Shown here: positions 9,301-17,014 of the stretch, one piece after another
How positions within the stretch are numbered: position 1 is the first letter of the stretch
How the letters are laid out: every line of letters starts with the position of its first letter
Assembly: GCA_937915175.1 (NCBI GenBank)
Contig: CALDNA010000050.1
Span: forward strand, 11,581-75,580
Direction of reading: 5' to 3'
DNA length: 64,000 nt
Source of the DNA: an uncultured euryarchaeote
GTDB lineage: Archaea > Thermoplasmatota > Poseidoniia > Poseidoniales > Poseidoniaceae
Notes under the pieces: generated by a model
What the model saw: only the letters and a program-made list of their open reading frames with translations
Database searches by the model: none
What the model was told of the DNA's origin: nothing
Made by a program: the position numbers and the translations under genes

Positions 9301-10007
9301 AGGACGAGATCTGTGAAACCACAGTCCGTGTCCACAACAGCGAGTCTTGGGATATTTCCAGTGTCGTGACTACAGGCGATGAACTTGTGTTCACCTATGA
9401 AGAAACCAACGACATGTGGTTTGCTGAAGACGACAACTGTGATGCAAGCGGCATGGTTACATTCAACCTCGTTAAGGTTGAAGACAGTGCAATGCCTGAA
9501 GAAGAAGAAGAAGATTGGACTTGGGAAGATGAAGAAATGAACCTTCTCCCAATCTGTGACTGGTTCTACACGGTCACCTTGGCCAATGGTACAATGATGT
9601 CCGAGCAAGGCGTCGAGGAAGCATCGGGTGAAGATCGAATCATCACCCTTGTTGACGACGCTGCTTACGAAATCGGAATCTACTGCTGGGACCCTGAGGG
9701 CGGCAACATGACCGTTACGCTCTCGAGCCCACTTGGGAACTCCACCAATACCAGCATGGGATACGCTTGGAGCTGGATGAGCTTCGCCCTCCCTGCCGGT
9801 ACCGGTGGAAACTTCTCAATTGACATCTCATGGACCGATGGCTACCACGCTGAATCCGGAACCCTCACAGTTGTCGCTACTGGCGATGGCAGCACGGGCG
9901 ACATTAGCGACGTAGAAGTCGACAGCGAAGGAATCCCTGGATTCACCGCTGTATTCGGTATCGTTGCTCTTCTTGGAGCAGCAATGCTGTCTGGCCGCCG
10001 TGACTGA
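6333..10007 (+). CDS. giant acidic extracellular multi-EF-hand calcium-binding protein with PGF-CTERM archaeal sorting signal
   Basis: Signal peptide KPGFAFLMALALVTTTFAGVSFA. At least 11 canonical 12-residue EF-hand loops: DANQDGAITASE, DTDMSGNVSIDE, DTNEDGELDLDE, DADQDGNITLSE, DVDGNEMLDFGE, DTNGDDQLSLAE, DDNGDELLDHNE, DTDGDGNLSLSE, DWDMSGSLDANE, DTDGDGSVSLAE, DADSNGLLNASE. The C-terminus GIPGFTAVFGIVALLGAAMLSGRRD matches the PGF-CTERM pattern. About 30 N-x-S/T sequons by eye. Confidence 0.85.
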   Translation: MSRWVMNDSASLKMKPGFAFLMALALVTTTFAGVSFANPTTGTGPSNTMASMDYDELELIVDFDANGTDYTSLTSEIHVWDDDNFSAWFGPEDMMEESDNTSWNTHWADISLVLFFNGSAGVSPMADEGTWYYVDAYVNDSYGYTVGQAYTQICMDNGSVCEDDQNGPDIEDIFNQIDANQDGAITASEIIDFENMERESNNESNLTAEEEADIADDVAEFDTGYDDGMGNTEDANDSMLEINEFTEMFLERNTLITGADAYLEDGVVRIEIHDDLDEVDYVWILIHDGEGNELINETYAGDENGDFQDWTSPDCCNEDGMYYITLYFYDEDNMSIDSDSFTLGGYDNDQMMFDMFDTDMSGNVSIDEYLDAMDNASDINGEDPMDNATRTMISNMFMDEDTNEDGELDLDEFLSFWNTLNNMGGDDDDTRTDAEMMRMMLDADQDGNITLSEMLVMVEENQSDASKMTTFYTNLFNNEDVDGNEMLDFGEFSVFHERLDELMGDDCYDVMAGDAILSDGTFEDQEGNETELMAGDTAPSDGEFCEWGEMDTDVILLMLDTNGDDQLSLAEILVDMTSGDETADELMMLGFVFEYYDDNGDELLDHNEFGLFWTHMQSGEEYIPTNAQILSMYDTDGDGNLSLSEVLAAVSNGNESADELMMFGWIFESHDWDMSGSLDANEFFWFMDSMQSGEEYTPTPVQMMDLFDTDGDGSVSLAETIAFLNAGAENQDETLSEIEEEYLGVLFGFMDADSNGLLNASEFPEFYYALDSEEDQGDMGDDDGQGQGQGNETDMVCYDMVNHVILQNIDNSSECEAAGFMWTENINSGDGEGQDNDSNSEEQGINFDSMDVWFEQWNDQTMQLVLVELGVVDSPEEIERLSMMADGMYGNNDSVLDESEVNMLMSLYAMSLNVDDIAKGLTLDGQNGTAVDFWVEIDGLLEGDDVVFVRIGTVIEFPVTNTYDNSTSHAFVVTNTDVEDDGGAGEDFTEDEICETTVRVHNSESWDISSVVTTGDELVFTYEETNDMWFAEDDNCDASGMVTFNLVKVEDSAMPEEEEEDWTWEDEEMNLLPICDWFYTVTLANGTMMSEQGVEEASGEDRIITLVDDAAYEIGIYCWDPEGGNMTVTLSSPLGNSTNTSMGYAWSWMSFALPAGTGGNFSIDISWTDGYHAESGTLTVVATGDGSTGDISDVEVDSEGIPGFTAVFGIVALLGAAMLSGRRD
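8065..8510 (+). repeat. in-frame tandem duplication (222-nt / 74-aa unit, two full copies plus a degenerate third) inside the EF-hand gene
   Basis: GCAGATGAACTCATGATG recurs at 8079 and 8301. The protein unit is ADELMMxGxxFExxDxxxxGxLDxNEFxxFxxxMQSGEEYxPTxxQxxxxxDTDGDGxxSLxE, one EF-hand pair per unit. Confidence 0.8.
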
Positions 10008-10135
10008 GACCTTCAGTCCGACGATGCAGAAGAGCACCGCAAGGTGCCTAATGCTTTGATCGACAGTGCGCATGCTGCACTGAAACAGAAGGAGACCACC
10101 AAGGATGGCGAGAGCGATGCACTTGTGCTTCGCAT

Positions 10136-10330
10136 TCACACTGTGACGAAACGAAACAGCACTTTGGACACAGCGCTGAGCATGAGGATGATCATGAACG
10201 AACCCAAGGCCCATTTGGCCCAAGGACGTTCTGGTTTGTCGGCAGGCCACGGGTCAATCCCGAGCCGTTCAGCCTCGTCGACGATTTCTGCCAGTTCAGC
10301 AAGGTGCTCCTCAACGGATTGTGCGGCCAT
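10136..10330 (-). CDS. small hypothetical tail-anchored membrane protein (64 aa)
   Basis: MAAQSVEEHLAELAEIVDEAERLGIDPWPADKPERPWAKWALGSFMIILMLSAVSKVLFRFVTV has an amphipathic N-part and one C-terminal hydrophobic helix. I took the internal ATG of the 116-aa track ORF. No homology recognised, so it may be non-coding. Confidence 0.3.
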   Translation of the reverse strand: MAAQSVEEHLAELAEIVDEAERLGIDPWPADKPERPWAKWALGSFMIILMLSAVSKVLFRFVTV

Positions 10331-10415
10331 AAAACCTCCAACGGCTCGAGATACATGACCTTCACGCTTCAACCCACATACAAAGCCTTGAAGCCGGTGG
10401 GTTCGAGCCCACGCC

Positions 10416-11921
10416 ATGAGTGAAGTTCCCCAAGGCGTGGCCATGCCATCCATGGAACGGCGCGCTCCTCGGCCAACGGCTACCATGACGATGACCCGGG
10501 ATGGAGCCGACGGTGTAGAAGTGCTGCTCGGCTTGCGTTCACCAACAATGGCAGCCTTTCCGTCGTACTGGGCCTTTCCAGGCGGTGGCGTGTCACGGGT
10601 TGATGCTGCTGCAGTCGAACAACTCGACGGACTTCAAGGACCACAAGCCAAAACCATTGCATGCATCCTTCGAGAAATGAGCGAAGAGTTGGGCCTCGCT
10701 CCAACCCTGAATGGTCTCATCGCTCTCAATCCTGAGGTTCGCGCTGAAATCATAGAAGACAAAACTCGATACCTCCCCCTTGCTCTTGAAGGGCATGTAC
10801 CCCACGAACGTTCTGAAATCAAGATCCTCTGCCATAGAATCACGCCCCCATTCGGTCCGGTTCAATTTGACAATGCCTTCCTTCACTACCACGCTGGGCC
10901 TGCAAATGCAATGCCCGAAATTGACTTGGAACCGCAAACTGAATTCACAGATTTAATGTGGGATTTACCGGCCAACATTTTGGCCAGGTGGGCTCGCCAT
11001 GAAATCAAAGTTGCACCGCCCGTCGTCACACTCTTGATGGAAATTGAACGGACGCTGAGCCGAGTGGACCGAAGCATGAGCGATGCTGCAAGCGACATTG
11101 CAGACCGATTGCCCGGCCGAAGATCAATTCTGTTTGCGCATGGCGTCGAAGTTGTACCCGTAAAAACGGCAACATTGCCACCGGCCGACCATACCAACGC
11201 TTACCTCCTCGGCGACCCGGAAGGAGATTTCATTTTGGTTGACCCTGCTGCTCACCTGCGGGAAGGGATGGAAGATTTAGCGGCAGCTGTTGAACGCCAC
11301 AAAGGCAACCTTGTCGCCCTCCTGTTCACGCACTCACACGGCGACCATGTGGGTGACATCGGCCTGTTGAGGGAAGCCTTTGATGTGCCAATTTGGGGCA
11401 GCGAATACACGACCAAAACGGTTCACTGTGATCGCATCTTAAGCGACGGCGAGACGCTCACGCTCGGCACCACTGCATGGGAAGTTCTCATCACGCCCGG
11501 TCACCACCCCGGCCACGTATGCTTGCTTGGCGAAGCGGGCTTAATCGCTGGCGACATGGTTGCCGGCATTGGAACAATCCTGATTCCTCCACACACTGGC
11601 GATATGGAAGTCTACATCGAACAACTCGAACGCCTCAAGCAATTGAAACCGCATTTGCTTTTCCCAAGCCATGGTCCTGTAATCGCCCAACCAACTCGTG
11701 TGTTTGACCGCTACATCAAGCATCGCCAAGCAAGGCATCAACGGGTCCTCGAGGCAGTAAGTGGGGCAACCTCACTCACCCAAATTTCGATCGAGGCTTA
11801 TGCAGACACACCGAACGCTCATCCCGGCCTAGCGGAAGATCAAACGCTGTCTCACCTTTTGGTCCACGAGCGCAATGGCTTGGTTCAACAAAGCGAAGAT
11901 GGCTGGAAGCGCATGAATTGA
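10416..11921 (+). CDS. Nudix hydrolase / metallo-beta-lactamase-fold hydrolase fusion protein
   Basis: N-terminal Nudix box: WAFPGGGVSRVD...ILREMSEELGL. The C-terminal MBL fold carries HxHxDH (LLFTHSHGDHVGD), then ITPGHHPGH and a late PSHGP. Confidence 0.8.
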   Translation: MSEVPQGVAMPSMERRAPRPTATMTMTRDGADGVEVLLGLRSPTMAAFPSYWAFPGGGVSRVDAAAVEQLDGLQGPQAKTIACILREMSEELGLAPTLNGLIALNPEVRAEIIEDKTRYLPLALEGHVPHERSEIKILCHRITPPFGPVQFDNAFLHYHAGPANAMPEIDLEPQTEFTDLMWDLPANILARWARHEIKVAPPVVTLLMEIERTLSRVDRSMSDAASDIADRLPGRRSILFAHGVEVVPVKTATLPPADHTNAYLLGDPEGDFILVDPAAHLREGMEDLAAAVERHKGNLVALLFTHSHGDHVGDIGLLREAFDVPIWGSEYTTKTVHCDRILSDGETLTLGTTAWEVLITPGHHPGHVCLLGEAGLIAGDMVAGIGTILIPPHTGDMEVYIEQLERLKQLKPHLLFPSHGPVIAQPTRVFDRYIKHRQARHQRVLEAVSGATSLTQISIEAYADTPNAHPGLAEDQTLSHLLVHERNGLVQQSEDGWKRMN

Positions 11922-11961
11922 ATACGGCAGGGTTGATTTAACCGTTAGAAGTGGAACAAGC

Positions 11962-12981
11962 ATGCCCCGACGTGTTGTGCTCACAAAAGCAGGCTCCCCA
12001 TCCACGCTTGCGGTGCAAGAAATGGAAATGCCAACGCCAAAAGCGGGTGAAATCAGAATTAAAGTGGCGTTTGCTGGTATTAACTTCGCTGATCTTCTCA
12101 TGCGACTTGGGCTCTATCAGCCACGACCGAAGTATCCGTTCACACCCGGCTATGAAATGAGCGGCACCGTCGACGCAATCGGCAACGGTGTCGAGGGGTT
12201 CTCTGTTGGGCAACGGGTTGTTGCCGGAGTGCGAAACGGAGGCCAGTCGAGTCATGTGCTCGTCTCAGCGAACAAGGCCCTTGTTCTACCTGATGGGATT
12301 AGTTTGGAAGTTGCTGCTGCCATTCCAGTCACTTACCTTACCGCTCATCACATGCTTCACCACCTCGGCCACCTCACTCCGGATGAATCTGTTCTGATTC
12401 ATGGCGGTGCGGGTGGCGTTGGCACCGCCGCCTTACAACTGTGCCAATGGGCAGGCGTCACACAAGTCTGGGCGACCGCTTCGGGAGGAAAGGCATCAAC
12501 CATCGAAGGTTTTGGAGGCGTTGCCATTGATCGCCACAACGAAGATTTCGTTCAAGTGGTCAAGCAAGCCACTGACGGCAAAGGCGTGGACCACATTCTC
12601 GACCCAATTGGTGGAGATCACTTGGCTCGGTCCCTCTCGGTGCTCAAAGAAGGTGGTCGATTGTACACCTACGGGATGTCAGCTGCCGCTCCTTCTGCGA
12701 AGCGAAGCTTGCTCCGTTCCTTTTTGGCTTGGAGAAAGACCCCTAAATTTGACCCGCTGCGCTTGATGACGCGAAACCGTGGGGTGTTCGGTGTTCACAT
12801 GGGGACATGGAGCGATGAAGGGGTCATGGTTGAACAACTCAATCGTATTCTTGAAGGCGTCCAAGAAGGCCATTTGGTTCCTGTCATTGATTCAATCTTT
12901 GATGTCGAAGATGTTGCTCAGGCTCATCATCACATCCATGATGGGAAAAACATCGGCAAAGTTCTGCTCCGGTTCAAGTGA
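11962..12981 (+). CDS. zinc-type alcohol dehydrogenase / NADPH:quinone oxidoreductase family (VAT-1-like MDR)
   Basis: GEIRIKVAFAGINFADLLMRLGLYQPRPKYPFTPGYEMSGTV, Rossmann motif IHGGAGGVGTAA, and C-terminal GKNIGKVLL. Confidence 0.85.
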   Translation: MPRRVVLTKAGSPSTLAVQEMEMPTPKAGEIRIKVAFAGINFADLLMRLGLYQPRPKYPFTPGYEMSGTVDAIGNGVEGFSVGQRVVAGVRNGGQSSHVLVSANKALVLPDGISLEVAAAIPVTYLTAHHMLHHLGHLTPDESVLIHGGAGGVGTAALQLCQWAGVTQVWATASGGKASTIEGFGGVAIDRHNEDFVQVVKQATDGKGVDHILDPIGGDHLARSLSVLKEGGRLYTYGMSAAAPSAKRSLLRSFLAWRKTPKFDPLRLMTRNRGVFGVHMGTWSDEGVMVEQLNRILEGVQEGHLVPVIDSIFDVEDVAQAHHHIHDGKNIGKVLLRFK

Positions 12982-13025
12982 GCATTCAAGAAGCGTCGCC
13001 CCACCGTTGAGAATGGGCGACAGCA

Positions 13026-15197
13026 ATGAAAGCGGCAATGTCAGGGTTCGATCTTCGTGCGGTAGCGCAAGAATTGAATGCCTTTTCAGGCGCCTATGTC
13101 AAGAAGGCCTACATGCCTCACTATGAGCAAATCGTCCTTCGTATCAATCCCAAAGATCGAGATCAATTTGATCTGGTATTGGTTCGAGGTGCCCGCATCT
13201 ACACCTCACAACGTGACCGCCCAATGCCAATGACGCCACCTCCTTTTGCTATGGTGCTGCGCAAGCATCTGAAGAACGCCCGAATGACTGGCGTTCGCCA
13301 ATTGGGATTTGACCGAGTTCTCGCTTTCGATTTCGATACCAAACACGGGTCGTACCATTTGTATGTGGAAGTCTTTCGAGATGGAAACATCATCCTCACC
13401 GACCAAGAAGGGGTCATTATACAACCATTGACGCATGCCTCCTATGCTGGTCGCACGCTGAAAAAGGGCGTTGAATACCAACCACCACCGGCAGCGATGG
13501 ACCCTCATGAGTTGGACATCGCAATCCTTTCCGAATTGTTCGATGCATCAGACCGAGATTTGGTGTCGACGCTTGGTGGGAAAGCAAACCTTGGCGGGAC
13601 CCATGCGAACGCTGTGTGTGACCTTGCCGGCATGGAACCAAACATGGCCACTCAAGAGGCTGATGTCGAGAAGATTCATGCGGCTCTACAAACCCTTCTT
13701 GGCCACTTGGCAGAAGATCGACATGGCATTCTGTTGATGAAACCAAGTGAAGAAATGGACCGGCCATCGCTTGAAGCAAAGGCGGAAACGATGGAAGCAA
13801 ATGGCCTTCGAGACCGGTTTTATGAGCAATACGCTGTTGAAGCGACACCAACCTTGTTGCCTTCTCATGCAGCATTAGCTCAATCCATGTTTCCAACCCT
13901 GTGTGAGGCTGTAGACGCATGGAAGGGCGCTCATGATGCGGGCGCACTTGCTCGACGTGAAGCAGAAAGATTGGACATTGCAGCACCAGGCAGAGGCCAC
14001 TCAACGGATGTGGAACGGCTTGAGCGACGCAAGGTACAACAGGAAAAAGCACTTCAAGGATTTTCCAAAAAAATCGAGAAGCAGCAAATGCTTGGTCATG
14101 AAATCCAAAACCATTGGAGCCACATTGAAAGCCTTCTCAAACAAATGGAAGAAGCTGTTGAGGCTCACGGTTGGAAGGAAGTGAAATCGATGGCCAAGAG
14201 CATTCCATGGATCGTGTCTCTCGCCCCTGCTGAGCGCACCTTCATGACGGTACTTCCTGATGAAAACGGTGAACCAAAAGGGCCACAGGCGACCCTTTCG
14301 ATTGACGAGTCGGTGCATCAAAATGCTCAGCGCTACTTTGAATCTGCACGCAAGCAGAAAGACAAGACCAAGGGTGCTGTCGAGGCGCTAGAAGAAACCA
14401 TGCTCTACCTTCAACGAGCGCAGAAGAAGGAAGCCAAGCAAGAAGCCACTGGGAAACTCAATAAAATCAAGCGCAGCAAACGCTTGTGGTTTGAACATCA
14501 TCGATGGTCCATGATCTCAGGAGGCCATCTCTTGGTTGGAGGCAAAGATGCGAAAGGCAACGATGCAGTGGTCAAAAAGCACCTCTCTGGACAAGATCGC
14601 TACCTTCACGCTGATTTACACGGTGCACCAAGTTGCAGCCTTCGCGCTACGCAAGGTTTTGTGATCGATTTGCACAAACCGGCCCACATACCTGCTGATG
14701 TGCCAGCCTACAAAATCGTGGATAAGCTCGGAGATGAGCGTATTACAGATGAAAAATTAATCGAAGCAGCGACGATGGCCTTGTGTTGGAGCCGCGCTTG
14801 GGCTGGTGGCGGTGCGCATGGAACGGTGTATTCCGTCAAACCCGCTCAAGTTTCGAAAACCGCTCAGACCGGAGAGTTCGTTGGCAAGGGATCGTTCATT
14901 GTTCGAGGCCAACGCCAATGGTTCAAAGACCTCGATGTGCAGATAGGCATTGGTATTGTAGCGATAAACGGTGTGCCACTGCTGATGGGTGGACGACCCG
15001 AAACCATCGCTCAAACATGCCAAAGGTATGCAATATTGAGACCTGGATTGACCAAGAAAGAGCAACTCGCCAATCGAATTTACAAGAACACCGGACTTGT
15101 TACGGACGATGTTTTGCCTGTGATTCCAGGTGCATCAGACATTGTAGAAGATTATGGAATCTTTTCTCCACCAGCTGCTATCGCAGAAGAAGAGTAA
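13026..15197 (+). CDS. NFACT-family protein (RqcH/NEMF/FbpA homologue, ribosome quality control)
   Basis: NFACT-N start (MSGFDLRAVAQELNAFSGAYVKKAY...IVLRI), a central coiled coil, and an NFACT-R/DUF814 block (GGKDAKGNDAVVKKHLSGQDRYLHADLHGAPSCSL). Confidence 0.85.
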   Translation: MKAAMSGFDLRAVAQELNAFSGAYVKKAYMPHYEQIVLRINPKDRDQFDLVLVRGARIYTSQRDRPMPMTPPPFAMVLRKHLKNARMTGVRQLGFDRVLAFDFDTKHGSYHLYVEVFRDGNIILTDQEGVIIQPLTHASYAGRTLKKGVEYQPPPAAMDPHELDIAILSELFDASDRDLVSTLGGKANLGGTHANAVCDLAGMEPNMATQEADVEKIHAALQTLLGHLAEDRHGILLMKPSEEMDRPSLEAKAETMEANGLRDRFYEQYAVEATPTLLPSHAALAQSMFPTLCEAVDAWKGAHDAGALARREAERLDIAAPGRGHSTDVERLERRKVQQEKALQGFSKKIEKQQMLGHEIQNHWSHIESLLKQMEEAVEAHGWKEVKSMAKSIPWIVSLAPAERTFMTVLPDENGEPKGPQATLSIDESVHQNAQRYFESARKQKDKTKGAVEALEETMLYLQRAQKKEAKQEATGKLNKIKRSKRLWFEHHRWSMISGGHLLVGGKDAKGNDAVVKKHLSGQDRYLHADLHGAPSCSLRATQGFVIDLHKPAHIPADVPAYKIVDKLGDERITDEKLIEAATMALCWSRAWAGGGAHGTVYSVKPAQVSKTAQTGEFVGKGSFIVRGQRQWFKDLDVQIGIGIVAINGVPLLMGGRPETIAQTCQRYAILRPGLTKKEQLANRIYKNTGLVTDDVLPVIPGASDIVEDYGIFSPPAAIAEEE

Positions 15198-15206
15198 GTC
15201 CTGAAA

Positions 15207-16928
15207 TCAGTTAGAACGTCCGCCTTTGAAGCCGCCTTTTGATGGCTTGTTGCTGCGATTGGCTTGACTCTCGCCAAAGCCTTTGCGAGCGTTGTTCGAA
15301 GGTTTGTAGGATTGACCTCGTGCTTGGCCTCTGTAGCTTTTTGACTGGCCGCTTGAGCCGCCGCTGGAACGGGTGTCTTGGTTTCCGCCTCGGTTCCCAT
15401 CTCTGAAGCCTGATCGAGCACCGCCTCCGCCGTCGTTACCGCCATCGCTGTTTCGACCACCGCCACGGTAACCTCCGCCACCGCCGCCGCCACGACCTCC
15501 GCCGCCACCGCCACGATAGCCTCCGCCACCGCCGCCGCCACGACCTCCGCCGCCACCGCCACGGTAACCTCCGCCACCGCCGCCGCCACGACCTCCGCCG
15601 CCACCGCCACGATAGCCTCCGCCACCGCCGCCGCCACGACCTCCGCCGCCACCGCCACGGTAACCACCGCCGCCGCCACCACGGTAGCCTCCGCCACCGC
15701 CGCCGCCGCCGCTGTATCCACCGCGACCGCCGCCGTTGCGTCCGCCACCGTTGCGTTGACTACGATCGCGAGAACGTCGGTCTGCTGCGATGTAGACCAC
15801 TTCAAATTCTGGAAGCACTGAAAATTCTGGAGGCATAAATTCGACGTGGATGCCGACGTCGCGTTGGATTCGAACGTAAGATTTCTTTTGCGGGCGCTGA
15901 ACGAGAGAAACGACAACGCCAGATTTACCACCGCGAGCGGTTCGACCGCTTCGATGCTTGTACGCCTTACCGTTTTCTGGAGGGTCATAATGAATCACAC
16001 AGTTGACGCCTTCAACGTCAATGCCACGCGCAGCGACATCGGTTGCCACGAGTGCCATGCATTCTCCGTGTTGGAAGCGCTGCATGGCCATGTCACGACC
16101 GCGCTGGCTTAGTCCACCGTGAAGGGTTTCGATTGCAAGGCCCTCATGGGTCAAATCATCGCCAACTCGGTCAACACCAGCTCGAGTTCGACAGAACACA
16201 ATCGTTCGGCCACACTTGCGGATTAGTTCTGCAGTGATATCGGGTTTCTTTGAATTTGGCAGCAGCCAGAAATGGTGAGTCATGCTCTCCATGCTGACTT
16301 CCTTAGGACCGACTTCAATGGTGACTGGATCGGTTTGATAATCACGAACGAGGTCTGCAACTTCATCATCAAGCGTAGCGCTGAAAAGAATGGTTTGGCG
16401 GTCTTTCTTGCACTGGTCGAGGATTTGGCAAACAGGTTCCATGAAACCCATGTCCGCCATTCGGTCTGCTTCGTCGAGCACGACCACTGCAACGTCATCC
16501 AGTGACACGGCGCCGCGATCGAGAAGATCGTTTAGGCGGCCCGGGCAAGCAACGAGCACATCAACACCGCGGTCGAGGGCGCGGAATTGCTTCTGGTAAG
16601 AGACGCCGCCGTAGATGGCATGGACGTAGAGTTGGAGTTCGTAGGCAAGCGGGTCGAGAACTTTGTAGATTTGTTCTGCCAGTTCTCGAGTTGGTGTGAG
16701 GATGAGGGATGTTGGTCGTCGGGGTTCGGCTTCTGCTGTCCTTGACAACAAGGGGAGGCCAAATGCAAGGGTCTTGCCCGAACCTGTTGGAGCACGGCAA
16801 CAAACGTCCTTGCCAAGCATTCCATCTGGGATGGATTCTGTTTGAACTTCAAACGGTTCAACAATGCCTTGTGCCTTGAGCGCTTTGACCAACGCCGGCT
16901 CGATTCCAAGATCACTAAAGGAAACCAT
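15207..16928 (-). CDS. DEAD-box ATP-dependent RNA helicase with a ~190-aa C-terminal Gly/Arg/Tyr-rich (RGG) tail
   Basis: Q-motif region FEVQ, APTGSGKTLAF, PTRELA, VLDEADRM, SAT, HRSGRTARGG. The tail is ...GGGGGGGYRGGGGGGRGG repeated. Confidence 0.95.
   Translation of the reverse strand: MVSFSDLGIEPALVKALKAQGIVEPFEVQTESIPDGMLGKDVCCRAPTGSGKTLAFGLPLLSRTAEAEPRRPTSLILTPTRELAEQIYKVLDPLAYELQLYVHAIYGGVSYQKQFRALDRGVDVLVACPGRLNDLLDRGAVSLDDVAVVVLDEADRMADMGFMEPVCQILDQCKKDRQTILFSATLDDEVADLVRDYQTDPVTIEVGPKEVSMESMTHHFWLLPNSKKPDITAELIRKCGRTIVFCRTRAGVDRVGDDLTHEGLAIETLHGGLSQRGRDMAMQRFQHGECMALVATDVAARGIDVEGVNCVIHYDPPENGKAYKHRSGRTARGGKSGVVVSLVQRPQKKSYVRIQRDVGIHVEFMPPEFSVLPEFEVVYIAADRRSRDRSQRNGGGRNGGGRGGYSGGGGGGGGYRGGGGGGYRGGGGGGRGGGGGGGYRGGGGGGRGGGGGGGYRGGGGGGRGGGGGGGYRGGGGGGRGGGGGGGYRGGGRNSDGGNDGGGGARSGFRDGNRGGNQDTRSSGGSSGQSKSYRGQARGQSYKPSNNARKGFGESQANRSNKPSKGGFKGGRSN
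15463..15715 (-). repeat. tandem 48-nt (16-aa) repeats organised as perfect 96-nt units, encoding the helicase RGG tail
   Basis: CCACGGTAACC occurs at 15463, 15559 and 15655, alternating with CCACGATAGCC at 15511 and 15607. Segments 15463-15558 and 15559-15654 read identical by eye. The two 48-nt subunits differ only at 2 synonymous positions. Confidence 0.85.
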
Positions 16929-16960
16929 ACATCCACCCCGTTCATGCCCGCCGTCCGACC

Positions 16961-16970
16961 CTATTTAGAA
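16961..16970 (-). promoter_or_regulatory. TATA-like box upstream of the helicase gene
   Basis: The minus strand reads TTCTAAATAG, centred ~37 nt upstream of ATG (16928). Spacing argument only. Confidence 0.25.
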
Positions 16971-16980
16971 CCCGCTGTAG

Positions 16981-16987
16981 AAAAAAA
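16981..16987 (-). terminator. oligo-T (T7) tract downstream of the thiolase gene
   Basis: The minus strand reads ...GGACATTTTTTTCTAC, 28-34 nt after the thiolase stop (17015). Oligo-T runs are the usual archaeal termination signal. Confidence 0.3.
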
Positions 16988-17014
16988 TGTCCATTAGGGC
17001 GACTCCGGCAAACT

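Noticed and set aside
10397-10419. tRNA-like T-arm (GGTGGGTTCGAGCCCACGCC) overlapping the Nudix-MBL start codon; considered as a tRNA gene, split-tRNA half or att-site remnant
   Set aside because: The hairpin has a 6-nt rather than 7-nt loop. No D-arm or 7-nt anticodon loop can be drawn upstream, and the candidate acceptor pairing has mismatches. The sequence does not match the 3' end of either tRNA in the window, and no integrase is nearby. It is most likely a chance hairpin. tRNAscan-SE or Infernal would settle it.
15463-15715. Regularly spaced 48-nt repeats that could be mistaken for a CRISPR array
   Set aside because: There are no unique spacers and the units are contiguous. They sit in-frame within a CDS encoding a Gly/Arg tail, and no cas genes are nearby.
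15152-15988. 278-aa minus-strand ORF rich in A/V/E repeats (AAVAEATVVAAAV...)
   Set aside because: This is an alternative frame of the helicase GGY/RGG repeat DNA. The helicase frame carries all DEAD-box motifs and continues through the repeat.
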